Shown one piece after another: positions 118,201 to 126,905 of a stretch of 248,000 bases of DNA. The notes under the pieces are model-generated. The model worked only from the letters and a program-made list of their open reading frames with translations, was not told the DNA's origin and made no database searches. The translations under genes and the position numbers were made by a program. Source of the DNA: Andalucia godoyi And28 (taxonomy: Eukaryota > Protista > Jakobida); assembly GCA_009859145.1 (NCBI GenBank), contig VRVR01000013.1:144001-392000 (forward strand), read 5' to 3'. Within the stretch, counting starts at the first letter, position 1. Every line of letters begins with the position of its first letter.

Positions 118201-119630
118201 GACGCAACCACCCGGTTTCTGGAATGTTGTACGAAAAACTGGGCGCTCTCTACTTGAATGGAGGGCAGTTTATTTCCGAGGCGGTTACGCTCTTCAAGAA
118301 GTCCCTGCAGATTCACTCGGACTACAAAGCCGAGATATCAAAACTTCGCGGCGGGTTTTCGGATGCCCATATTTTGAGCGGTATTGATTTAAGCCTGGAT
118401 GATGTTTACGAAAAGTTTGCCGAGGCGCTATTCCTCTCTGGTGCGAAATCGGAGTCGATTTCCATGATGGAGCGCTGCGTGAAGATCCGAGAAGAGAAGT
118501 TCGGTCCGTCTCACAAGAAGACCGTTGAATCTCTGCAAAGGCTGGCGGTCGTGTGCGATGTGTGTGGCGACATGCGAAAAGCCATTGCATGTCGGGAGAA
118601 TCTCCTTCTTGTTCTGAAGTTGATTATCCAGAGCATACAGGATCGCCAGATCAAAGTCCGCGCTTACGGCAAAGCGGCAATCAAGACTTCAGATGGGTAC
118701 GTTGTGGAGAGCGATGACGATGTCGACGACGCCGAAGTTGAAAAGATTGTAATGCTGATGCGATCCCCAAGGTCCCCTTCTCGACAGTCCCCTGGCAAAT
118801 CTGTCGCCGCCATGTATAGTCCGTACCGTCGATTGGAACAAATGGCCGATCCCGATGCAGATCTGCTGGAGCCTGCTCAGGAGGATGCTGCGCAAGGCAC
118901 CGGCACCCAAGCCAATATAGCAGGCAGCAACCAGCCTGCACAATCTCGTCCAGCAAACGCCGCAGCGGTTGGCACAGACGTGTTTCGTCGCCAGAATAGC
119001 GTGCTTACTGACGAAGAGCTCCCGGAAAAGTTTCGAAATCGCCTACGAGAACTTGATGAACAAAGAAAGTCCATTTTGGAGCAGGTTCGTCGAGAGACTG
119101 CCACAATCTTGAAAATCCAAGTCGACTATTTACCACTCGATCAGCGCGCCATGGTCGAATCCGCCGTGTCATATTGTGAAGGCAACCCGATTGCAGCATC
119201 GTATGTCAAAGAAATAATGTCAGATCTGTATGATACTTCACCCTCGGCAGTTTTGTTTCGGACAATTGAAAAGGTGAACTTGCTGGACAACTCATCGTCG
119301 CCTGCGGGATACCCGGCTAACGCGGATGAAGATCGCAGGTTTTCGAATCCTCTATTTTCTTCATCTTCCGATGTCCGAGTGTATCCGCGTGACGCCCCCT
119401 TTTGGAACACCTACCGCAGTGATAACAGTTTCTTGGACACCATCAGGCCACTGTACGAAAAGCTTGCTGTTTTGTTCATGTTGGGCCACAACCTGAACAT
119501 CAAAGTTTACAGGCGTGTGCAGGTCTCCGACACATGGAACGACGACGGTTCACCGACGGGTTTGGATGGTTTCCCGTTCCCTGGAGAAGGAGCTCCGGTT
119601 GATCAGCCTGATAGCTGGCGGCAATCTTAA
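115284..119630 (+). CDS. PH-CLU-TPR protein (Clu1/TIF31 family)
   Basis: PLLCLVDFKGHR, GQDGKYY..RCYPP, LRPEL, HEAGINMRYLG, TPRs. Confidence 0.8.
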   Translation: MQSHSPISLFLSQHPSSIHGGIFISVEKMEDLRKEALVRKYAQLWRRNVMKKLGKLPAQALNPFRSNKEASAFSFLDFLQSQASKSADQRPMPTIQGYLERAFGGAFKSFKRRLVRIGLDPDKKRLEIIRDDAKVVKVEKAYIMDAAVVSDVASNKYKGHPLVVSVTFAQGNEKVYLAFEGIEEKRNWFRVLKLYSKQGNLTHPLIDISEEEITEFACADMDPLADDTQFVAPDDASLISPTSQYSMSSNNVPFSPGPPSNTSQVQNKETKQLGKASATPEEIVRNYHSEFWSVFDRPESSFRDSVSKGLELNEIMGAFVAYATRLCEMLVDQLCVPETAREFPRYMTAFPGESDDSIYDIMDTRTGVVIRFDPGDVLLKSADSLLPYELSSRLMGMEIRSNTAFLHAMKPGTPLRVPLLCLVDFKGHRCMCTAGSPFNPETNMVYGFMEDQTYVSKAEPRYLMRVLCKKINLARHFVFLDPERPTKICTSIETQVFIGQDGKYYLVHAGRCYPPDASYPLVDGGDPSNVSPQRNGLVHTRVLRPELVSSFQNPLSSDAFRNVGGDAPDRVEMNTRVRQASLFLHDVVIANFITCLDDSSTVDEWSLGALGMTASNEKAFSFSPVDVYDGAILTKRMHEAGINMRYLGLIAKRTKLPHIRQIAEIEMISRVLKREHSRLLRELVTVRAAEFYDFGASDFDAQFYGTPQQRVHEELISATVDFFNLVLGNSMETVPYWTDQIVKFVQRKFNYTISKPAEIYTYALFLSLQRQLGVLFVAKASYDFSASFDPVVQSDFVKFVSRVKYMNHGALFVDRLKSKLPYYLQESRFNEALQVYNIALSNVRQMEGLASVDSALLLNDISRVLFLYGFPDVGFSFLRLSLGLLRKCNAHLSLHTILLFCTAGRMHQNIHFLSVDHCISFSLKLVQLCSGFELFPLMIKLYLCIVQGDPANRLGRNFEYLRAALKVSETCLGRNHPVSGMLYEKLGALYLNGGQFISEAVTLFKKSLQIHSDYKAEISKLRGGFSDAHILSGIDLSLDDVYEKFAEALFLSGAKSESISMMERCVKIREEKFGPSHKKTVESLQRLAVVCDVCGDMRKAIACRENLLLVLKLIIQSIQDRQIKVRAYGKAAIKTSDGYVVESDDDVDDAEVEKIVMLMRSPRSPSRQSPGKSVAAMYSPYRRLEQMADPDADLLEPAQEDAAQGTGTQANIAGSNQPAQSRPANAAAVGTDVFRRQNSVLTDEELPEKFRNRLRELDEQRKSILEQVRRETATILKIQVDYLPLDQRAMVESAVSYCEGNPIAASYVKEIMSDLYDTSPSAVLFRTIEKVNLLDNSSSPAGYPANADEDRRFSNPLFSSSSDVRVYPRDAPFWNTYRSDNSFLDTIRPLYEKLAVLFMLGHNLNIKVYRRVQVSDTWNDDGSPTGLDGFPFPGEGAPVDQPDSWRQS

Positions 119631-119837
119631 TCAAAATAAATCAAACGGTATGTCGACGTCGTTGTCATTGTCGTTGTCGTTCCTCTGTAGTCTGCAGATC
119701 TGTCAGAGGAAAAAGTGGAGGAGAAATGAAGAGAGAGAAAATGGTGAAAGCCTGGGCAAAAGATCGAGATGATGCTGCTTTACAGAGAAACAACAAACAA
119801 ACAAACAAAAAAGAAAAAGAAAAAAGAATGCGCCTTG

Positions 119838-121730
119838 TCAGGCAGAGCGAATGGCCGCAGCAGCTTCTGCTCGCAACTTCGCAATCTGTTCCGCAAGGAT
119901 GCCATCCGCATCAATTACGTGCTGCTCGGGAAGTTGAGCAGCGGTGCCTTGTACGCCATCAATGTGTCGGAGAGACCCTGAGCGAGGGATGTCTTCGATC
120001 CACTCGCCATCATATCGTTGTCCGGCAGACATGTACACATACACGCCAGGGCCGTGCTTCAAATCACGGAACCAATGGCCTTCGTAGTAATCCCCGTTCG
120101 ATTTGACGATTGTTCCAAATCCATTTCGTACGCCCTCGAACCACTGGCCTTCGTATTTGTCCCCGTTGTGATAATAAAACGTGCCTTGCCCTTCTCGCAG
120201 ACCCTTGTGAAACTCGCCTTCATAGATCTCGCCCGATTCGTAATATTCTGTCCCGTGGCGTTCGTAATAGCCCTCAACAAACCCACCTTTGTATATCCGG
120301 ATCCAAGCATGAGCGTTCTTTGGATGCTTCTTGAATAACACTCCCTGTCCGTGCCTCTTTCCGTTCTTGAACTGGCCTTCATACTTGAGATCTCCTGCTA
120401 TTTCTGTGCCCTGTCCATGTTTAGAGTTTTCGTTCCATTGTCCCTTGTAGATTGTCTTTTGCGGTCCGCCGTCACTTCCAATCTTGCGTGAACGTGTTGG
120501 AATAAAGACTGCCGCATGCGATCCATGTTTCCTTGCTAGAACGTCCCTCTTCTTCCAAAGCCTGCCTTCCGCATCTCTTGGAAATGGTCTTTCCATCGAG
120601 CTGAAGCCATAGCCAGACCCTCGTGCAGACAAATATGCTTCGGCAGCCGCATCATCACCGGGAAGATCATTTAGTAGCTCCTCCTCCTGGTCGGCAGCCG
120701 CATGTCTGTACGTTGCTTGGAACACAGATTCGAGTTGCTGAAGCCGTTCCTCTTCTTCAGTGGCAGGAGCTCCGTCCGCCAAATGTATCCCGGAATATGA
120801 ACCTCCTGCGCCTCTTCCATTCCCTCTGGCAACCTGTTCACGCAAAGCATTGAGTTTTGCAACATCTTGTCCATACTGTGTGAGTTCTCTGGACGGTTGG
120901 GCATCGACTGCAAACTGGCGCACTGCTCGGAGTCCATTCACCAGAACGTCGTAAGACTCGTGGTAAAATGCACTAGTTGGAGGAAGAGCCGCAATGACAG
121001 TGGTAAGATATGGAGTTGGATTCATGATGATGCTCTTTGTGATCTGCGAAGAATGCAGCTCTGTCGAAAGCGCTGCTGTTCCCTTCTTGACATCCACGAG
121101 TCGGATTTCACCGCATCGAATGTACTCGGGAGTTGCTGCGTCGTACACTGAAACTCGAATGGCAATCGCGGAGTGCCATGACTCCTGAGCATGCGTAGCG
121201 GCTTCATCAAACGAGTCGAACAAGTCATCTGCGGTGGGACACTCTCGAAACGAACAGCGGTCGATTCCCTTAACTCGGATCTCCTGGCCTTGCGAAGGAG
121301 CCAGAAGATCATGGAAGCGCGTTGAGGCGCCCTGCGTATGAGTCTGGTACGCCGAGAACTCCACACGTGCAGAAATGTGCTTTTCAGCAATCTCATCATA
121401 GATATCCGACACAAGTCGAGAGAATGCTCCGGGATCTTCGTACGTCCCATACATCCAGTTCATTGCATTCAGATACACGAATGCCGATGAAAATCCCTGA
121501 AACAAAAGATCGATCACTGGATAAACGGTCTGCTCATAAACCTCTTCCTGATGCGGAGACCCAGAAAAGACGCAGTCAACGTCCACGACTTCAGAGGCAT
121601 TCGATCTGTATATAGCTATTTGTGTGCGCGACAGCTCCAAAGAAAGCTCGACATTGTCCTTGATTTCCTCCGGAGTCGGGGCCCGCACAACCACACAAGA
121701 CCGTATATGCGACTCCATGACTACGTACAC
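119838..121730 (-). CDS. Degenerate kinesin-like domain plus MORN repeats
   Basis: Kinesin-fold remnants without a P-loop; repeated YxGxW/FxxGxxxGxG. Confidence 0.7.
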   Translation of the reverse strand: MYVVMESHIRSCVVVRAPTPEEIKDNVELSLELSRTQIAIYRSNASEVVDVDCVFSGSPHQEEVYEQTVYPVIDLLFQGFSSAFVYLNAMNWMYGTYEDPGAFSRLVSDIYDEIAEKHISARVEFSAYQTHTQGASTRFHDLLAPSQGQEIRVKGIDRCSFRECPTADDLFDSFDEAATHAQESWHSAIAIRVSVYDAATPEYIRCGEIRLVDVKKGTAALSTELHSSQITKSIIMNPTPYLTTVIAALPPTSAFYHESYDVLVNGLRAVRQFAVDAQPSRELTQYGQDVAKLNALREQVARGNGRGAGGSYSGIHLADGAPATEEEERLQQLESVFQATYRHAAADQEEELLNDLPGDDAAAEAYLSARGSGYGFSSMERPFPRDAEGRLWKKRDVLARKHGSHAAVFIPTRSRKIGSDGGPQKTIYKGQWNENSKHGQGTEIAGDLKYEGQFKNGKRHGQGVLFKKHPKNAHAWIRIYKGGFVEGYYERHGTEYYESGEIYEGEFHKGLREGQGTFYYHNGDKYEGQWFEGVRNGFGTIVKSNGDYYEGHWFRDLKHGPGVYVYMSAGQRYDGEWIEDIPRSGSLRHIDGVQGTAAQLPEQHVIDADGILAEQIAKLRAEAAAAIRSA

Positions 121731-121900
121731 GATTTTCGCGGGAAATTAAAAACATGAAAATAATTATTATTATAAACTGAAAGAAGTAAAAAATATATAA
121801 ACAAATTAGAACAAATAAAATATAGGAAAAACCTTTTCCACGAATTGTCGGTTTGGCCAACCTGACTTAGCATCAAGCCAAAGAAATCAGAAGCCAGACT

Positions 121901-121971
121901 TTATTGCGTTTTATTTCATAGGATTCCAAACAGTTTCGTCAAGATAATTAAAATGAAATAAAACGCAATAA
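121901..121971. repeat. 19-bp perfect inverted repeat with 33-nt spacer
   Basis: ttattgcgttttatttcat / atgaaataaaacgcaataa. Confidence 0.9.
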
Positions 121972-122119
121972 GAACAGTTCAAAAGTTTGCCAACGGCACG
122001 CACCCCAAGTTTGAAGTTTGCTCGTTTTATTAATTTTCTTTCTGTTTCATTTTTTTCTTTCTTTCTTCATTTTGACTTTTGTTACTGGTTTTTGAATTCG
122101 AAGCTGTGAGCCAGGAATT

Positions 122120-122480
122120 ATGGCGGAAACACGTATTCGGGCTCTTCAAGAAGAGTTCTCCGAGTTGCAGCGGCAGCATGATGAAACGAAGCGGTTGTTT
122201 CTCGAATCGTGCATTTTGGTCGATCATTTGCGAGAGGCCAGTAGGAAAAAGGATGCTAGAATTGCAAAGCTGGAAGCGGATCTTGCGCGAATGTATGATG
122301 AGCACCAAATGGAGCTGCAGGTTGTGCAAGAGGAAAAGAACACAGAAGGTATGTCACCATCTCGCTTGCTCTTTTTTCCTTTAGTTTGTTGCGTGCAATA
122401 TCAAATTGGGGGGTTGGTTTTTGGGTTGATCGTGGTTTTTGCCAGTCGCTTTTGTTGCTTACTTTAATTTGATTTGATTT

Positions 122481-122514
<34 letters not shown>

Positions 122515-123738
122515 CATTTTATTTTTAATTTTATTATTATCATTAATTACTTGATCATTTGATTGTCTGCAGAGTCCCACATTCATCACAACTTGCGAAA
122601 GCTGCAGTTGGAGATTGAGCGATTGCAGGACGAGAACTCCGTGTTGCAAGGATATGAGGAAGAAAACGGAGTTCTTCGGAATATGGTTGATGAAATGCAG
122701 AGGAAGGTGGCGGTTATGGAAGAGGAGAATGCGAAAGGTAAGAGCCTGATGCAACAGGAAGTGTCTCGGATTCGAACCGTCCTTGAATCTGAGTACAAGT
122801 CCATGTTAAAGGAGTTTGAAAAGCAGTCTCGTGCGAATGCTGAAAAGACAGTGTATCAGGAATCTGTGACAGCTGCCGATCGGTCGCAGCAGCTATCGCA
122901 AGCCTTGACAAAACAAAATGAGAACTTGGAAGACTTGCTGAAAAGATTTGTGCGCATTGAGCAGGACTATGATCGTCTAAAAACTGAGAGAGATCTTGAT
123001 CAAGGTCAGTCCGAAATGCATGCGCAGATGTATGTTCAGTTAAAGAGCAAGCTGAACGCCTCAGAGCAACGAGTTGCCGACCTTGAGCAGTCCTTGCAGT
123101 CCACTCGGGTTGAGAGGTCGTCGGTGGAGCTGTTGTTTGCCGAGAGAGAGGCCCTCATTGCGGAACGAGAATCACTGAAGGCACGGCTGGACAAGTCAAA
123201 GGATCGAGCTCGAAAGTGGAGGTCCATGTATGAAGAGTGTATTAAGAATTCTGGACCGACTACTCCGTCTTCTCCTTTGAAAGACAAGAGAAGCGCATCC
123301 AGCCACTCAGAAGTCCGAGAGTCCGTGGACGACGACAACGTTTCCTTCATCCTTCCGAAACCTTCCAAGAACGATGTGTTGAGAGCGCGGTATGAAAAGA
123401 AGATGCAGCAGGAAATGCAAGAAAAGTCTTCCGTTTTGCGATCGATTTGGAACTCGTCGATGATTCATGTTCCCTCTGTTGAAGTGCCAGCGCAACAAGA
123501 GGACAGTGGCCATCTTCTCAGATCGACATCGCCACCTTCCCAATCCGAAGGTGAGAAAACCCGAATGTACGAACAACAATCGATTCCGGTATCACTGGCT
123601 GCAAAGCAGCTGGATTCTGAGCTGAGCGTTTTGAGCAAACATTCCGGGAAGCGACAACGCGTGCTTGAGAACAGAGAGAAGTTGTCCGCATCCAGCGCTC
123701 AACGGTTTGGTCTTTCTGGAGTCAGTCTTCAAAAGTAG
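122120..123738 (+). CDS. Coiled-coil protein (two exons)
   Basis: ORFs 122120-122467 and 122563-123738 separated by a GT-AG intron. Confidence 0.5.
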
Positions 123739-124045
123739 ACGCCCATCGAGGTCCGCGTGTATCATTCAATTTACAATGTGTGCTATTTATTAATTTATGC
123801 ATTAATTTGTTTGTTTGTTTGTTTGTTTGTTTATTTGTTTATTTGTGTAACCATAATAAAAAATAAATCGAAGAGGAAGAATTCGGACCGACATCTGTGC
123901 TTTCATGCTATCTGCACTCGACTCGGATGCTGCGACAAATCACCTCCCAAAAACGGCCGAAAATGCGGAGGTCGTCTGTTTGCTTCCCGCAGCATTCTGA
124001 TCAGTTATCTGCCTGTCCATCTGTCTTGTCTGTCCGGGGGTTGTT

Positions 124046-125911
124046 TTGTCTCGGGCAGCAGGATTTCATTTTTCTTGTGCGACTATGGCCACGCTTTCTC
124101 GGGAACATGCCTCACGAGCCATTTGCTGTCGTGCCTTTCTGCTGTTCATTGTCGTCCGCTGTGCCAGTGCGAAACTCACGACATGGGGTGAGCTGTCTCG
124201 CATCACTGCTGCTGCGAATGGTCAAAAGGAAATTGCAACTTCGGAAGGTTCGCCGTACGAAACCGCTTACTTTACGCAACAACTCAATCATTTCGATCCT
124301 CTTGATACACGAACTTTTCAACAACAGTATTTTGTCGTGTCCGAGTATTCCCTTCCAAATGGCCCGTTGTTCATCCACATTGGTGGGGAGTCTACAAACT
124401 CCGCGTCGTTTCTGACAGCACCACAGTCATTTTTGAACGTGTATGCAAAGAAATATGGAGCATTGCTGCTTTCACCCGAACATCGATATTACGGGAACTC
124501 TGTGCCGTTCTTCACAGTTACTGTTGAAAACTGGCAGTACCTGTCTGCGGATCAGGCGATCGAAGACCTTGCTTCGTTTACCGTTGCAATGAAGTCCATC
124601 TATGGTATTTCTGGAGACAGAAAGGTGATTTTGATAGGATGCTCATATCCAGGAACGCTCTCCGCTATGGCACGTGCAAAATATCCGTTTTTGTTCGACG
124701 GTGCAGTGGCAATGTCCTGTCCTCTGGAGGCAAAGAACAACTTTTTCGAGTATGCCGATCGGGCTGTTGCATCTCTTGCTCGGTTCACGTACGGATCTGT
124801 CGTGGATAACTGCGCTGTTGCGATCCAAAAGGTCTCCGTGTACATGCAGGGACTCGTGGACTCGGGACTTCCAGGTCTTCAGCAGCTGTTTCAAAACTTC
124901 AGTGCATGCGAAAACCCAGCGGATTTCGCCGGTGATCCATTTGATACTTTCCTTGCGATTTCTAATCTTGCACGGTATTACGTGGGATTTGTGCAGTATA
125001 ACATTCCTGGTCGCGAAGAACTTTCATCGTTCTGCTCTAGCATTTTGAATGTTCCGTCTGCTGCAGATCCGTCAGCACCGACTCCATTCGAGTATTACGT
125101 TCAATTCTTTGAACTGTACGTGCAAATGATGAGCCAAAATTCACAACAGTGTATTTCTGTGTTCCAGAGCTATGAAACGCTGGCTCCGTACTACAATTCG
125201 ACCGTTACTCTTCCGAGCGATGTCGCCAACACATTTTCATGGTTGTGGCAAAAGGCTACCACGTTCGGTTTCATGAAGACTTCAGGAAGTCCTGCAAACT
125301 ACTTGTATCCGAGTATTCTGGCGAATGCAGAGATGTTTGCAAAGCGCTCGGCGTACGCGTGGCACTTTCCGTCATTCGCATCCGGCGCCAATACTGCTGC
125401 GACAAACGTGCGTTTTGGAGACAGGAAGCTGTCGAATTTGAACTCAGTTCTCATTATTGGAGGCAAATACGACCCTTGGCAATCCTTGTCCGTTTCTTCT
125501 TCATTCAACAACTGCACACAGGTTGCGATTTATGATCGGTATGGTCATTGTGCCATGTATTCTGTGGATGCGCGGAACCCATCCGAGTATCCGGAGATGG
125601 TCAGCGTATTCTCAGCGTTTGATGCATTTATTGCTCAAGTCATCCAGTATGGGGCCCTGAGTTGTCTGTCAAATGTTCCATCTCCATGTCCAGTTGTCAC
125701 GGGGCAATGTATGCAGAATTCTGACAATGACAAGGTTGGCCTAACCTCTTTTATTATTGTCGCCGTATCTCTTTCTGTCGCCGTCGTTATTGCAGCGGCC
125801 GCAGCAGCATACTTTGCTGTGAAATCTGCCCGTCGGCCTGTCCGAAGGACGACTACAAACGTGTTCCGGGTCAGTGAGCAGCAGCCACTAATCACCTCTG
125901 GAAATATGTAA
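124046..125911 (+). CDS. S28 family serine carboxypeptidase (membrane anchored)
   Basis: QQLNHFD, EHRYYGNS, GCSYPG, DPW, C-terminal TM. Confidence 0.88.
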   Translation: MSRAAGFHFSCATMATLSREHASRAICCRAFLLFIVVRCASAKLTTWGELSRITAAANGQKEIATSEGSPYETAYFTQQLNHFDPLDTRTFQQQYFVVSEYSLPNGPLFIHIGGESTNSASFLTAPQSFLNVYAKKYGALLLSPEHRYYGNSVPFFTVTVENWQYLSADQAIEDLASFTVAMKSIYGISGDRKVILIGCSYPGTLSAMARAKYPFLFDGAVAMSCPLEAKNNFFEYADRAVASLARFTYGSVVDNCAVAIQKVSVYMQGLVDSGLPGLQQLFQNFSACENPADFAGDPFDTFLAISNLARYYVGFVQYNIPGREELSSFCSSILNVPSAADPSAPTPFEYYVQFFELYVQMMSQNSQQCISVFQSYETLAPYYNSTVTLPSDVANTFSWLWQKATTFGFMKTSGSPANYLYPSILANAEMFAKRSAYAWHFPSFASGANTAATNVRFGDRKLSNLNSVLIIGGKYDPWQSLSVSSSFNNCTQVAIYDRYGHCAMYSVDARNPSEYPEMVSVFSAFDAFIAQVIQYGALSCLSNVPSPCPVVTGQCMQNSDNDKVGLTSFIIVAVSLSVAVVIAAAAAAYFAVKSARRPVRRTTTNVFRVSEQQPLITSGNM

Positions 125912-126036
125912 AGTACGTGACGTTCCCAATTCTTGTTCCTCTCCTTTCCAGTTGCATCGTAAGGTTTCACCGAGCAAGTTGCCCGTGGAGCCGTCTGCCC
126001 CACGAAGACTTTTCTGAACTTTCTCGATCGAGCGAG

Positions 126037-126089
<53 letters not shown>

Positions 126090-126175
126090 AATTTCAAAAA
126101 CAGCATGAACACGGAACCAGCAGAACAGAATTGCACAGTGCACAGTCTGCCTGGGTTTTCCGTGGTAATGTTCAT

Positions 126176-126548
126176 CGTCTACATTGTGCACTAACCACGG
126201 ATAATCACTGCTGATCACCCGTAATCAGTGTTGCAACCCAACAGCATGCATATCATGATTGGCAAGGGGGTAGGCCCCAGCACGCCCCTCGGCATGAGAG
126301 ACGTTCTTAAGATAGATGTTGCGTTGCGTAGACAATAAGAATAAGAAAATGAAATGAGCGTCGTTGTGCGAGAATGCAACGCGGCGGCGTGTCTATAGGG
126401 ATTTCATGATCAAAATGGGGCGAAACGAATCGGGCATCGTGTGACGGAGTTGTTAACATAGCAAAAGCATGCGCATGCGCATGGCGCGTGGCAGTGTTTT
126501 TCTTTGCGTGCGCTTTAGAATGCTTCATCATAGCGCAGTGAGTGGTAA
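126176..126548 (-). mobile_element. Family A2 copy 3 (left end plus right end)
   Basis: Homologous to 59242-59953 ends. Confidence 0.8.
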
Positions 126549-126574
126549 CGGTACTACCAATATTTTTAAGTTCA

Positions 126575-126905
126575 GGTTTGTCTGCCAAGTGATAACACGA
126601 AAATGTCGCCTGTCACTTGTGTCGGAGGAGTCCACGTCTAAAACGTGCGGCCGTTGCGGGGAAATCCATCGCAAGCTGCGTGGAAACAAGGTATGCTTTG
126701 TTGTCCATCGTGCAAATGCACGCTCGACCGCGATTGGAACGGCGCGCGCAGCATCTACATCTATCCTAGGAACGTCTCTCATGCCGAGGGGCGTGCTGAG
126801 GCCTACCCCCCCCCTTCCCAATCATGATATGCATGCTGTTGGGTTGCAACATTGATTATGGGTGATCAGCAATGATTCTCCGTGGACCAGTGCACAATGT
126901 AGGCC
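126575..126905 (+). mobile_element. Family A2 copy 4 (Zn finger, RuvC-III and right end)
   Basis: SEESTSKTCGRCGEIHRKLRGNK/CCPSCKCTLDRDWNGARSI. Confidence 0.85.
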
